Source: Promethearchaeota archaeon (GTDB lineage: Archaea > Asgardarchaeota > Lokiarchaeia > Sigyniarchaeales > SOKP01). From it: DNA of 23,841 nt. The translations under genes and the position numbers were made by a program. Position 1 is the stretch's first letter, and every line of letters begins with the position of its first letter. The stretch lies in the NCBI GenBank assembly GCA_048938855.1, contig JBHLLT010000035.1:1-23841 (forward strand). The letters are read 5' to 3'. Below the pieces are notes generated by a model. The model searched no databases. It saw nothing but the letters and a program-made list of their open reading frames with translations, and was not told where the DNA came from. Below are positions 1 through 9,692 of the stretch, in pieces.

Positions 1-175
1 AACAAAATAAAAGATAATGTAAAAGGACTTCTGGTCTCCTTTATATCATATTATAAAAACTTTAAAAGCGACATATCTTAAAACTTTTAGAACAAGCTTA
101 AAATTTAAAAGATTTGAATGTTTAACAAAAATATCGAACAATAAATAGAATTTTAAATTAAAAAATTGATGTTAA

Positions 176-595
176 ATGTCTGAAGAACATATTAGAGGTC
201 AAATTAGCGCAAAAGAGGATGAAATAACAAGAATTGAAGAGGAAGCTTCAAAGAAAGATGCTTCTGCTGAAAAGGAAATTGAAGAGGAATTTGATGGAAA
301 AATAGAAGAAGCGCAAGCAACTCTCAATGAAGAAACTCAATTACGAGATGAAGCCATTCAAAAATCTGAAGAATGGACACAAAAAAAGAAAGAAAAAATT
401 TCATCCGTTAAAGAAGCTGAGAAAGTATTATCTCAGTTAAAAAGTGATAAAGCTAAGGCGTTAAATGCAAAATTAAAAGATATTGAAAATGAGAAGAAGA
501 GAACAATCAAAGAAGTTCAAAACGAAATAAAACAATTACAAAAACAGATTGTAGCCTTAGAAAAAGCAAGAGCAAAAGAAGCTGCCAAGGAATAG
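176..595 (+). CDS. Hypothetical coiled-coil protein (E/K-rich)
   Basis: 139-aa ORF that is almost entirely charged heptad helix; no catalytic motif recognised. Confidence 0.8.
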   Translation: MSEEHIRGQISAKEDEITRIEEEASKKDASAEKEIEEEFDGKIEEAQATLNEETQLRDEAIQKSEEWTQKKKEKISSVKEAEKVLSQLKSDKAKALNAKLKDIENEKKRTIKEVQNEIKQLQKQIVALEKARAKEAAKE

Positions 596-661
596 TTTCA
601 AATTGATTCTCTTCTAAATATTTTTTTAAATTTTTTACTTAATACAAAAATTCCTTTAAAA

Positions 662-1234
662 TTGATTATATTAACTGGTTTTGGCCCATACGGTAAGTAT
701 AGAACTAATTTAAGTAGTGAAGTTGTAAAAGAATTTCCTCTGGAGTATAATGGATTTCAAATAGTAAAGAAAATAATACCTGTGAGCTGGAATCAAAGTA
801 TTTATGTTTATAAAAATTTATTATCCAAATTCAATAATAAGCCAAAATTAGTAGTTCTCTCAGGAATTCATTCCGGTAATAAAATCTTACTTGAGAAGTT
901 TGGCTGGAATTTTAGATTTGGTGATGATATCGAAAAAAAAGTTGGATTTGGGCCAATAAAAATGTGGGCTTTTCCTTGGAACAAATCTCCTTTAAACATA
1001 AAAGAAATTTATTCGAAATTATCTAATAAAACTGAGATAGCTATCTCATATTATCCTGGAATTTATTTGTGCAATTTTGTATACTTTTGGGCACTTAAAT
1101 TGTCAAAAAAAGAGTATCCTGTAATATTTATTCATATCCCGGACAAGGGAGAAAAACTTAAAATCATTAATAATATTAAGAAAATTTTAGGATTAATTAT
1201 AGAGCTTAATTTGATAAGAGATTTAGATGTTTAA
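662..1234 (+). CDS. pcp: Pyroglutamyl-peptidase I (peptidase C15)
   Basis: N-terminal IILTGFGPY..N.S motif; catalytic triad contexts LLEK (Glu), YLCNF (Cys), FIHIP (His). TTG start. Confidence 0.9.
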   Translation: MIILTGFGPYGKYRTNLSSEVVKEFPLEYNGFQIVKKIIPVSWNQSIYVYKNLLSKFNNKPKLVVLSGIHSGNKILLEKFGWNFRFGDDIEKKVGFGPIKMWAFPWNKSPLNIKEIYSKLSNKTEIAISYYPGIYLCNFVYFWALKLSKKEYPVIFIHIPDKGEKLKIINNIKKILGLIIELNLIRDLDV

Positions 1235-1366
1235 AGGTAGTTTTTGTCCCTTCTCATTGATAATATCTCTAAAAATTTCAGGTTGAAGCCGTAATTCATC
1301 ATAAAGCCATGCGAGGTTTTTCATTTTAGAGTTGTATATTTCAACTTCTTCTTCAAATAACTCCAT
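1223..1366 (-). CDS. Unannotated small protein, 47 aa (MELFEEEVEIYNSKMKNLAWLYDELRLQPEIFRDIINEKGQKLPLNI)
   Basis: Hand translation: ATG at 1366, TAA at 1223-1225, purine-rich GGGAAG just upstream. Fills the gap between pcp and 1513..1926 and overlaps the pcp 3' end by 12 nt. Confidence 0.5.
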   Translation of the reverse strand: MELFEEEVEIYNSKMKNLAWLYDELRLQPEIFRDIINEKGQKLPLNI

Positions 1367-1512
1367 TTTAATCTTCCCAAAACAATTATTCTACTATAAA
1401 CCAAGGGAATTAAAGATACATATTTACCTATGTATTATCTAAATGATACTTAAATAAGCTACTCTAAAAGGTATATTTTTTTTTGATCGTTAGGACTGAA
1501 ATGAGAAAAAGA

Positions 1513-1926
1513 TTAAGTCCTCAAATATATTTTTTGAATTTTATCAAGAACATACATAATATCTTCAATAGGGGCTCCATTTATTACTTTATGCATTTTA
1601 TGAATCAATTGTTCAGGAAACATATCGAATTCAGCGATTGATTCTTTATAGTCCTTAAATTCATTTGAGACTTCATATATATCTGAACTTCTTTTTCTAT
1701 CAAATTCCCTTGTCACAATTTCAATATAAGATTTTATTAGATCATTGTAAAATTCATTTTCTAAATGTTGAGCTGTATAATTAACCTCATATATCATGTG
1801 GTCATATTTTTGATTGATCTTTTGGATTTCTCCTTCTCTTTTTGCATTTATCTCGGCTATCTTGGGCTGAAGTTCTTTTTTCTTTATCTCTAACTCCTCA
1901 AGTTTAGACTTCAACTGTTCATCCAT
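1513..1926 (-). CDS. Hypothetical protein with N-terminal coiled coil
   Basis: 137-aa ATG ORF with protein-like helical composition; no family recognised. Confidence 0.75.
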   Translation of the reverse strand: MDEQLKSKLEELEIKKKELQPKIAEINAKREGEIQKINQKYDHMIYEVNYTAQHLENEFYNDLIKSYIEIVTREFDRKRSSDIYEVSNEFKDYKESIAEFDMFPEQLIHKMHKVINGAPIEDIMYVLDKIQKIYLRT

Positions 1927-2041
1927 AATAGTTTCTAATAAAGGACATTATTTAAAGCTTTAATAAAATCTTAATACAGCTATTTATTTTATAATTTAAC
2001 CCATTATTATTTTTGATTGTACTATTTAACTTAGAAATATT

Positions 2042-2950
2042 ATGCCAACAAAGATTTTAATACCTGAACCTGAACCTAATTTAAAGTTTATTGATGTTCA
2101 TTGCCATCTACCATTCCCTAGACCAAAAAATGATAAATTACCATCTAATAAAGAACAATTTACTACATATTTCAAAATGGGTGGGCAATATTTAATAACA
2201 AGTACTATTGATATTCAAAGCCTAAATCTAACATTAGATTTCAGGAAAGAATTTAGAAAAAACTTTGGTTTTACATGTGGTTGGGCGCCACAGACGGTAA
2301 CATATACTCCAAGAGATAAATACAATATCGAGTGGAAAAATTGGAAAGATTTTATCCTAAATAATGCCGATAAATACCTTGGAATTGGTGAAATTGGTTT
2401 AGACTTTCATCATGCAAAAACATTAGATAAAAGAAACAGACAAGTTGAAGTTCTTAAACAAATCTTTGAATTAACAAAGGATCTTGATAAGCCATATATT
2501 TTACATGTGAGAAATGCAGCACAACATGAATTTGATAGACAAAATCCTAAACATAGGTTTAACAAAAATGATGGAGTGAATAAAGAAATCTTATCCATTT
2601 TAAAGGAATATAAAATTGAACCTAGAAGAGTCTTATGGCATTGCTTCTCTGGACCTGAAGATTATGGAAGACTTTTACCAAATCAAGGGTATAAGCTTTC
2701 AGTTCCTAGTTCAGCTTATGGTTTTGATAGATGGCGTATAGTAACTAGAGTTTCACCCTTGGAATCTTTAGTTACTGAAACAGATTCTTACTTCCAACAT
2801 CCTTTCAAGCGGGAGCCTATAAATGTTCCATCAAATGTAAGGTATTCTATTGCAGCTATTGCTTATTCTCATAATGTTCCCCAAAAATTAGTTAGTGAAA
2901 AAACAATTGAAAATGCTATTCAATTTTTTAATCTTAAAGTTATAGATTAA
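2042..2950 (+). CDS. tatD: TatD-family metal-dependent hydrolase/DNase
   Basis: DVHCH, GIGEIGLDF, LHVR, WHCFSG and ETDS motifs of the TatD TIM barrel. Confidence 0.92.
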   Translation: MPTKILIPEPEPNLKFIDVHCHLPFPRPKNDKLPSNKEQFTTYFKMGGQYLITSTIDIQSLNLTLDFRKEFRKNFGFTCGWAPQTVTYTPRDKYNIEWKNWKDFILNNADKYLGIGEIGLDFHHAKTLDKRNRQVEVLKQIFELTKDLDKPYILHVRNAAQHEFDRQNPKHRFNKNDGVNKEILSILKEYKIEPRRVLWHCFSGPEDYGRLLPNQGYKLSVPSSAYGFDRWRIVTRVSPLESLVTETDSYFQHPFKREPINVPSNVRYSIAAIAYSHNVPQKLVSEKTIENAIQFFNLKVID

Positions 2951-3054
2951 TCATACTCAACTTTTTCAATAAGATAAAAATCAGTCTAAAAATTATTTAA
3001 ATACTCTTGAATTTAGTTGTAAATTATTATAAAATCTTAAGATAAGTGGTTTGA

Positions 3055-4152
3055 TTGAAAAGAAAAAATTCAATTGTTTTGATTATTGTCGCTGCTTGTA
3101 TTGTAGCTGGAGGTGCTACATTTGGAGTTTTAATATTTACAACATGGGGCGAAATCAATTATGAAAACAGTTATAGTTATAAACCTAGCTCTCCTTCATC
3201 AATAGAACGAATTAATATAAATTCTGATATTGGTTCCGTCCATATTAGATATAATGAAACACCTACAGATTATTATGCAAAACTTGATCTAGATATTCAT
3301 ATTGCAGGAATTTTAGTAGAAGGATCATCATTTTCAGATTTCTTTAATCCCATAGTATGGGAAAATGAAAGCACGCCAGTAACAACTTTTACACTTGATG
3401 CAAAGGCAACGACTTGGTTCATATTTGGGGTATTTCGACAAATTCAAATTAATTTAACTCTTAGGACAGATGTTATATATGACCTAAATGTTTTATCTAG
3501 CACAGGTGGAGTAAATGCAATTTTTCCTGAAAATACCGTCCTCAATAACACATATTTTAGTACTTCAACTGGAAATGTATTTTTAAATGCCTCAAAAAAT
3601 ATAACTTTCCAAGGGAATGTAGGATTGACAACAAGCACAGGTGCTGTCATATTGTATGCTAAACAAAGCAATTTCACTAATGATCTTAAATCGTTATCAT
3701 CGACTGGAAATACTCATTTAAATTTATCAAGTTGCTCGATTGGAGGAGTTCTAACAGGAATCACCACCACAGGCGATATCGTTTTTAAAAGTTTTGACAT
3801 GAAATATGCTGAGGGTTATAATTGGAGATTTCAAAGCTCAACTGGGAAAATTGGATTAACAATTTTGCAATATACAGAAATGGGGGCTAATATTACCGGT
3901 TCAATACAAACATCAACAGGATATATTAATATTTATTATAAGGATGGTCTGGCGACCATAGGTGCTAAATTTACTTGTTCAACTTCTACGGGATCAAAAA
4001 GTTATATTCCAATTGGTTCCGGAGGATTTACCGAAAACGATGTTAATCCCAAAATAATAACTTCAGATGATTACAACAGTGCAATTAATAAATATACACT
4101 AACCGCAACTTCGTCAACTGGAAATGTAATTCTGAATGGCGAAAGTTTATAA
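3055..4152 (+). CDS. Membrane-anchored DUF4097/adhesin-like beta-solenoid protein
   Basis: N-terminal TM helix; recurring (S/T)STG-x-(V/I) repeats about every 29 aa; paralog of 11438..12448. Confidence 0.7.
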   Translation: MKRKNSIVLIIVAACIVAGGATFGVLIFTTWGEINYENSYSYKPSSPSSIERININSDIGSVHIRYNETPTDYYAKLDLDIHIAGILVEGSSFSDFFNPIVWENESTPVTTFTLDAKATTWFIFGVFRQIQINLTLRTDVIYDLNVLSSTGGVNAIFPENTVLNNTYFSTSTGNVFLNASKNITFQGNVGLTTSTGAVILYAKQSNFTNDLKSLSSTGNTHLNLSSCSIGGVLTGITTTGDIVFKSFDMKYAEGYNWRFQSSTGKIGLTILQYTEMGANITGSIQTSTGYINIYYKDGLATIGAKFTCSTSTGSKSYIPIGSGGFTENDVNPKIITSDDYNSAINKYTLTATSSTGNVILNGESL

Positions 4153-4342
4153 TCTTTAATTTTACTTCTTTTTTTATTTTAATTTCTCTTTTTAATTTAG
4201 GTATAATTTGGTTTACTGAAGTAAATTATTAACCTAAAAAATTTATATTAGTTAATGCGATAAATAAAACCTTTTAATATAATTAAAACTTATCTAGTTA
4301 TCTTTTTTGGAAAAGAAATAAGAATTAATAGAGGTAATAGTA

Positions 4343-4768
4343 ATGGATGTAGAACTATTAAAAAAATTAGCAGAATTGAGGAATGGAGAAGGAGAGAGAA
4401 AACCCTCTGATGCTTTGATATTAGCAGAAGCTTTAAAACAACTAGCAACAGAAAATGACGATTTAAAAGAGGAATTAGAAGATATCGAGGAAACTATTGT
4501 CCAATTTGAATATACAGATGCAGATTATAAATATTGGGTTAAATTTGGGGAAGGTTCAGTAGATTATGGTGAGGGTGAAGCAGAAGAACCTGCCGCTACC
4601 ATGAAAGCGTCCGGAGCTACTTGGGCAGGTTTAGGATCAGGAGAATTGGAGGCTACTAGTGCTTATATGAGTGGAGAACTGCAAATTGATGGTGAACTTC
4701 AAGCTGCGATCAGTTATGGGGAAATAAATGGTATGATGCGAGATATTTTAGAAGAACTGTCTGGATAA
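4343..4768 (+). CDS. SCP2 sterol/lipid-binding domain protein
   Basis: C-terminal SCP2 signature TW..L.SGELEATSAYMSGELQIDGEL; GAGG SD upstream. Confidence 0.85.
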   Translation: MDVELLKKLAELRNGEGERKPSDALILAEALKQLATENDDLKEELEDIEETIVQFEYTDADYKYWVKFGEGSVDYGEGEAEEPAATMKASGATWAGLGSGELEATSAYMSGELQIDGELQAAISYGEINGMMRDILEELSG

Positions 4769-4857
4769 GTACCAATTAAATTTTAAATTTTAAATTCTAT
4801 TTTTTAATTTTTATTACATTCTTAGTTTAAATAGTGAAACTTAATAAGTGCAAAAAT

Positions 4858-5139
4858 TTATAAGATTAATTCTAAAAAGGTTCTCTTACATATGCTGTAT
4901 TTTTTTTTAGGGATACTATCTTTAACTTTCACTAATTTAATTGCATTATTTGGACAATTTACTGCGCAAACTCCGCATCCTATACAAAAATCCTCTTTTA
5001 CATACATCATTTCATCAGATTTAACTTCTTCATTCCAAAATATCTTTAAAAACTCAACAACTTTTTTATGTTTTGGGGCATATAATGGTCCTAACACTAA
5101 TTTTTGACGTATAATTTCGTAATAATCCGCTTCGGTCAT
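4858..5139 (-). pseudogene. 4Fe-4S binding-domain protein, apparently internally deleted
   Basis: Only one CxxCxxCxxxCP motif (CIGCGVCAVNCP), joined directly to a 38-aa N-terminus resembling the start of much longer ferredoxin-domain proteins. The frame is open, so it may still be translated. Confidence 0.5.
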
Positions 5140-5181
5140 AAAAAGAACAAAATAAATAACATTAAATAATTTATGTTTAGG

Positions 5182-6465
5182 TTAAGGAAATATCCCTCGT
5201 AGTTCAATAGCTTTAGCGATTCTTGAAACTGCTATAATATACGCGGCTGTACGGAGGAGAATATTTCTTTCTTTAGACACAGTGTATACTTCTTCAAATG
5301 CTTTTAACATTATCTTTTTCAATTCCTTATTTATTCGTTCCAATTCCCAAAAATAAGCACGTATATCTTGCACATATTCAAAGTATGAAACACAAACCCC
5401 TCCACTGTTTGCTAAAATATCTGGAATTACATGAATTCCTTTTTTAAACAAAATTTTGTCTGCTTCAGGTGTGACTGGTCCATTAGCACCTTCTAAAACA
5501 ATTTTACATTTTATTTTATCCGCATTAGTTTGCGTAATCTGGTTTTCGAGTGCTGCAGGAATTAAAACATCGCATTCAAGGTTTAAGAGTTCATCATTTG
5601 AAATTATCTTATAAGTATTGTCTTTGTATTCTTTTAATAAATTACCTTGTTTAGCCCAGTCTAATAATTTAGATATATCTAATCCTTCTGAAGAATAAAT
5701 TCCCCCAGAAATATCCGATACTGCCATAACATTGCATCCATAATTGTATAGTAACTCAGCAATAGTCCCTCCGACATTTCCGAAACCTTGAACTACTATC
5801 TTCAGTGACTTTAGATTAAGGTTTAATTTTTCACACATCGCTTCAAGTATATAATACAAACCCATGCCTGTAGCAGGTTCTCTACCAACAGAACCACCTA
5901 TTTCAATAGGTTTTCCAGTTACTACACCAGGAACTGAACGTCCTTTATTCATACTGTAAGTGTCCATTATCCACGCCATGATTTGCGCATTCGTGTTCAT
6001 ATCAGGAGCAGGAATATCAATATCAGGGCCAATCATATTTATTATTTCTGAAGCATATCTCCTAGTAAGTCGTTCTAATTCTCTTTTTGACAATTTACGA
6101 GGATCTACACAAACTCCTCCTTTAGCGCCCCCTAATGGTAAATTCAAAAGACTACATTTCCACGTCATCCAAGTAGCTAATGCTTTGACTTCATCTAATG
6201 TAACCTCAGGAGAAAACCTTATACCACCTTTTCCAGGCCCCCTTACTGTGCTATGTTGAACTCGATATCCCTCAAAAATTTGAAGTGAACCATCATCCAT
6301 CTGTATAGGGATTGTTACTATTAATGCTCTTTCTACTCTTTTAAGATATTCTCTAATATTTGGATCTAATCCCATTTCTTCAGCAACAATATCAATTTGC
6401 TTTTTAGCAACTTCAAATGCTGTTAATCCCAAAAATCTCACCAGTTTAAAAATTTCTTTTTTCAA
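5182..6465 (-). CDS. gdhA: Glutamate dehydrogenase (Glu/Leu/Phe/Val family)
   Basis: GYRVQH, GPGKGGIRF, LPLGGAKGG, DIPAPD, VVQGFGNVG, EGANGP, PDILANSGGV motifs. The true start is probably TTG at 6432, preceded by GGTGAG. Confidence 0.97.
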   Translation of the reverse strand: MKKEIFKLVRFLGLTAFEVAKKQIDIVAEEMGLDPNIREYLKRVERALIVTIPIQMDDGSLQIFEGYRVQHSTVRGPGKGGIRFSPEVTLDEVKALATWMTWKCSLLNLPLGGAKGGVCVDPRKLSKRELERLTRRYASEIINMIGPDIDIPAPDMNTNAQIMAWIMDTYSMNKGRSVPGVVTGKPIEIGGSVGREPATGMGLYYILEAMCEKLNLNLKSLKIVVQGFGNVGGTIAELLYNYGCNVMAVSDISGGIYSSEGLDISKLLDWAKQGNLLKEYKDNTYKIISNDELLNLECDVLIPAALENQITQTNADKIKCKIVLEGANGPVTPEADKILFKKGIHVIPDILANSGGVCVSYFEYVQDIRAYFWELERINKELKKIMLKAFEEVYTVSKERNILLRTAAYIIAVSRIAKAIELRGIFP

Positions 6466-6543
6466 AAAATGTAATTAATGTTATGTGAAGAAAATATGAT
6501 TTTTATACATTATTTTTTAATGAAAGAAAAAAACTAAAGTATA

Positions 6544-7581
6544 TTACAAATTTACAAGACAATATTGAACAAATTGCATGGGATCATTAGCACATCCCCC
6601 TGAATCTAAACCACCCAATTGGTCTAATATTTTTTGAGGGATAACGTTATCTGCTAACCATAAATCTTTTAAATTCATTAAAGATTCTAATCCTTTTATA
6701 TGAATTATGCGATTTTGACTCAAATCGAGAGTTTCTAATTTCGTGAGGGGTTCTAGTCCCTTTATTTCCCCTATATTGTTTTCTGATAAAAAAAGATTCT
6801 CTAAATTAGTTAGATTATATAATCCCTTTATTTGGCTAATATTGTTTTGTTTTAAATTTAGAATTCTCAAATCTTTACAATTATCTAACCTTCGAATTTC
6901 CGATATTTGATTAGAATTTAACCAAAGGGTCTCTAAATTCTCCAGGTTCTCTAATCCTTGAATTTTTTGAATTTGGTTATTATTTATATAAAGACTCTTT
7001 AATTTTTTTAAATGTTCTAATCCATCAATACTTTTAATTTGGTTTCCTCCAAGATTTAATACTTCTAAATTTTCCAAATTTTCAAGATTTTTTATTTGTT
7101 CTATTTGATTTCCCATAATCCAAAGAACTTCTAGATTTGATAATTCTTCAAGACCTTTTATTTCTGAAATGGAATTCCATGAAATATCTAATCTCTTTAA
7201 TGATTTTAAGCCAATTAAACCTTTAATTTCTGTTATTTGGTTACCTCTTAAATACAATTCTTCTAAATTATTGAGTTGTTCTAATCCTGTTATTTCTGTT
7301 ATTTGATTACTTACTAAATGTAAAATCTTTAAATTTCTTAGATTTTCTAAACCCTTAATTTGTTTTATTAGATTACTCCCCAAGTTTAAAATTTCTAACT
7401 CATTTAATTCTTCAAGACCTTTCATATGCACAATTTCGTTTGAGCTTAGTTCTAAATTCTTTAAATCTTTTAATTTTGATAATCCGATTATCTCATCAAT
7501 ATCTTTTATTTCCAAAAGCCCTAAATCAAGGAATCCGTTTCTTACATCGAATCTCGTACCCGCTACTTCTACAAACTTCAT
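6544..7581 (-). CDS. Leucine-rich repeat protein, SDS22-like 22-aa repeats
   Basis: 12-13 tandem repeats of LxxLxxLxLxxNxIxxIxGLxx. Confidence 0.95.
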   Translation of the reverse strand: MKFVEVAGTRFDVRNGFLDLGLLEIKDIDEIIGLSKLKDLKNLELSSNEIVHMKGLEELNELEILNLGSNLIKQIKGLENLRNLKILHLVSNQITEITGLEQLNNLEELYLRGNQITEIKGLIGLKSLKRLDISWNSISEIKGLEELSNLEVLWIMGNQIEQIKNLENLENLEVLNLGGNQIKSIDGLEHLKKLKSLYINNNQIQKIQGLENLENLETLWLNSNQISEIRRLDNCKDLRILNLKQNNISQIKGLYNLTNLENLFLSENNIGEIKGLEPLTKLETLDLSQNRIIHIKGLESLMNLKDLWLADNVIPQKILDQLGGLDSGGCANDPMQFVQYCLVNL

Positions 7582-7775
7582 AAGTAATACACAGAATTAT
7601 TTTGAAAGAGGTTTCAATTTTTATTAAATAGGATACATAATTATGTAAATCTTATTATTTATTCATTTTTTTTCCTAGAACACAATGTATGAATTAGAAC
7701 TTCTAAATTGCTTAAATCCATCTGAAACCGACTAAAATAATTAAAATTATAAGTAAAAGAGATTTTTTTCTTTTT

Positions 7776-8486
7776 ATGACAAGAGCTCTCTATATGGATG
7801 ACTCTTATTTAAAAAGCTGGAAAACTAAAGTTGTTAGCGTTAAAGATGATAAATATGTAATTCTTGAGAGTACAGCTTTCTATCCTAAAGGTGGTGGACA
7901 ACCGTGGGATGAGGGATTTATAACTAAAGATGATCAAAAATATAGAGTCATATATGTTGGGAAATTCTCAGGTAAAATAAGCCATGAAGTAGATAAACCT
8001 GGATTGAAGGAAGGAGACGAGGTTTCTTGTGAAATTGATTGGAATCGGCGATATACCTTTATGAGATATCATACAGCATCTCACTTAATAAGCAATATTC
8101 TGTATAATAATGTAAATGCTAAAATTACGGGAAATCAGATTGAATTAGATAAGACAAGAATGGATTTTTCCATGAAAGATTATTCTCCAGAAAAATTACG
8201 TGCTTTTGTGGATGAAGCGAATAGAATAATAGAACAGGACTTACCAATATCAGTTGATTATATGACAAGAGAGGAAGTTATGGGAAAATCTGAATTAGCA
8301 CGTTTAGCTATTGGATTACCTAAAAATATTAAAGAATTTCGCATTGTTAAAATTGGAGATATCGATATACAAGTCGATGGTGGAACTCATGTTAGTCATC
8401 TTAAAGAAATTGGTAAGATAGAGTTAACTAAAACGGTAAATAAAGGAAAAGACAACAGAAGAATGTATTTTGTTTTGATAAAATAA
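7776..8486 (+). CDS. alaX: Alanyl-tRNA editing protein AlaX-M
   Basis: T.FYP.GGGQP.D.G, MRYHTASHL (HxxxH) and QVDGGTHV motifs; 236 aa is the AlaX-M size. Confidence 0.93.
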   Translation: MTRALYMDDSYLKSWKTKVVSVKDDKYVILESTAFYPKGGGQPWDEGFITKDDQKYRVIYVGKFSGKISHEVDKPGLKEGDEVSCEIDWNRRYTFMRYHTASHLISNILYNNVNAKITGNQIELDKTRMDFSMKDYSPEKLRAFVDEANRIIEQDLPISVDYMTREEVMGKSELARLAIGLPKNIKEFRIVKIGDIDIQVDGGTHVSHLKEIGKIELTKTVNKGKDNRRMYFVLIK

Positions 8487-8730
8487 TAATATTGGTTTTA
8501 GCTTTTCTTAACACTTTAGTCAACACTTTTTTTGCACAAAATGACATAAAAGTTAAATATAATGTTATCTCATTTTTAGTTTGATCATTTTACATCAATG
8601 ATATATAATGATATAATCGAAGGGCGATCGAAATTCACGATCTTTTATCAAATCTTAACAATGTTCCATTTATTGATGGAAAAAAGTGATCATTTTAGAA
8701 AAATTGATAAAAAAAGAATGAGGTATTAGA

Positions 8731-9366
8731 ATGAAAAAATCTTCAAAATTGATACTATTAACAACTTTGGGAATCTTAGTTTTTGGTTTTTTTCCGATAG
8801 CTTGCGCAGAACCGGGCAAATGGCCCGCATACTTATTTAAAAGACCCGGCTATCTCCCAGGTACTGGTGGTTATCATATTGGTGCTTGGTATTACCCTTT
8901 TATTGGTCCTGGAGGTCATTGGGAGATTCCAGCAGGGGAATATGCTTTCTTCAGATCAGGATGGCTTGTTTCAGATTATGAAATAGAATCAGGATTGGAT
9001 CCTGGCCCACCTTATCAAATGAACCTCTTCGTAGATGACGAAGAAATCACTATGCAGCGATGGACGTGGGTTATTCCAAAAGATACTGTTTTATACCCAG
9101 ACGGCGTGTGGCGAGATACTAAAACCCGTGCGTGGATGTGGGTTGTCAGATTTGATCCAGGATATTTTGAAGCGGGTAAAAGTTATAAAATTACATATCA
9201 ATTCCTAGTTCATGGACAATATTTCGGGAGCGATACTATAGGTTGGCGATTTTACGTTAATCACATGACAGGAGGAGGAATTCCTCCTGCAGACTTTACT
9301 TGGGAAGACTGGTATGGTCCAGCAGGCGAAATAAATAATAATTTCCACTGGCTAGATGTGGTTTGA
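8731..9366 (+). CDS. Secreted hypothetical protein (W/P/G-rich)
   Basis: Signal peptide MKKSSK-hydrophobic-ACA; GAGGT SD; visibly more GC-rich than its flanks. Confidence 0.8.
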   Translation: MKKSSKLILLTTLGILVFGFFPIACAEPGKWPAYLFKRPGYLPGTGGYHIGAWYYPFIGPGGHWEIPAGEYAFFRSGWLVSDYEIESGLDPGPPYQMNLFVDDEEITMQRWTWVIPKDTVLYPDGVWRDTKTRAWMWVVRFDPGYFEAGKSYKITYQFLVHGQYFGSDTIGWRFYVNHMTGGGIPPADFTWEDWYGPAGEINNNFHWLDVV

Positions 9367-9410
9367 TCAAGTAGTTTGAAGAATTAAGATTATCTACTTT
9401 TAATTTATAT

Positions 9411-9502
9411 ATATAGAAAATGGAGGAAAAGATTAAGAAAAACCGCTTCTCGATTGATCACACCTAACGTAATTTTCTTCCAATCTCTATATCTTTTTTT
9501 TT
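9411..9502 (+). repeat. Conserved ~90-nt hairpin element, copy 1, followed by a T-tract (terminator or structured RNA)
   Basis: ATATAGA/TCTATAT and TGGAGGAAAA/TTTTCTTCCA stems; core CTTCTCGATTGATCACACCTAA (9446-9467) matches 20141-20162 at 19/22 positions. Confidence 0.7.
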
Positions 9503-9692
9503 AAGACTTTTTAATCATCAGACAAATCTTAACTTGAGAAAGTATACAAAAAAGTAGTAACTATTATAAACATTTCAATCTAAATTTATTTTATACATCA
9601 GCTAAATTCAAAAATTGATATTTCCCTTAAAATCTAAATTTTTATGAAAATTTTAGGTTAAAAGCCAAAATATATTAAAATAATATTGAGGG

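Noticed and set aside
1-81. Possible gene end at the left edge
   Set aside because: Short open frames exist on both strands with no recognisable motif; cannot be assigned.
6544-7581. 66-nt periodicity as a DNA repeat or diversity-generating target
   Set aside because: Fully explained by the 22-aa LRR coding repeats; no template repeat or reverse transcriptase in the window.
8370-8393. AlaX has DGGTH instead of the CGGTH zinc ligand
   Set aside because: To my knowledge Asp at this position is a common variant in archaeal AlaX-M proteins, so it is not evidence of novelty.
9411-9502. Hairpin element as SECIS, H/ACA or C/D guide RNA, hammerhead ribozyme, or canonical integron attC
   Set aside because: The upstream genes have no internal TGA and one ends in TAA. 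There is no proper tandem G-A kink-turn, ACA box or CUGAUGA core. ACCTAAC occurs only in copy 1 and at the wrong end for attC (R'' should be 5').
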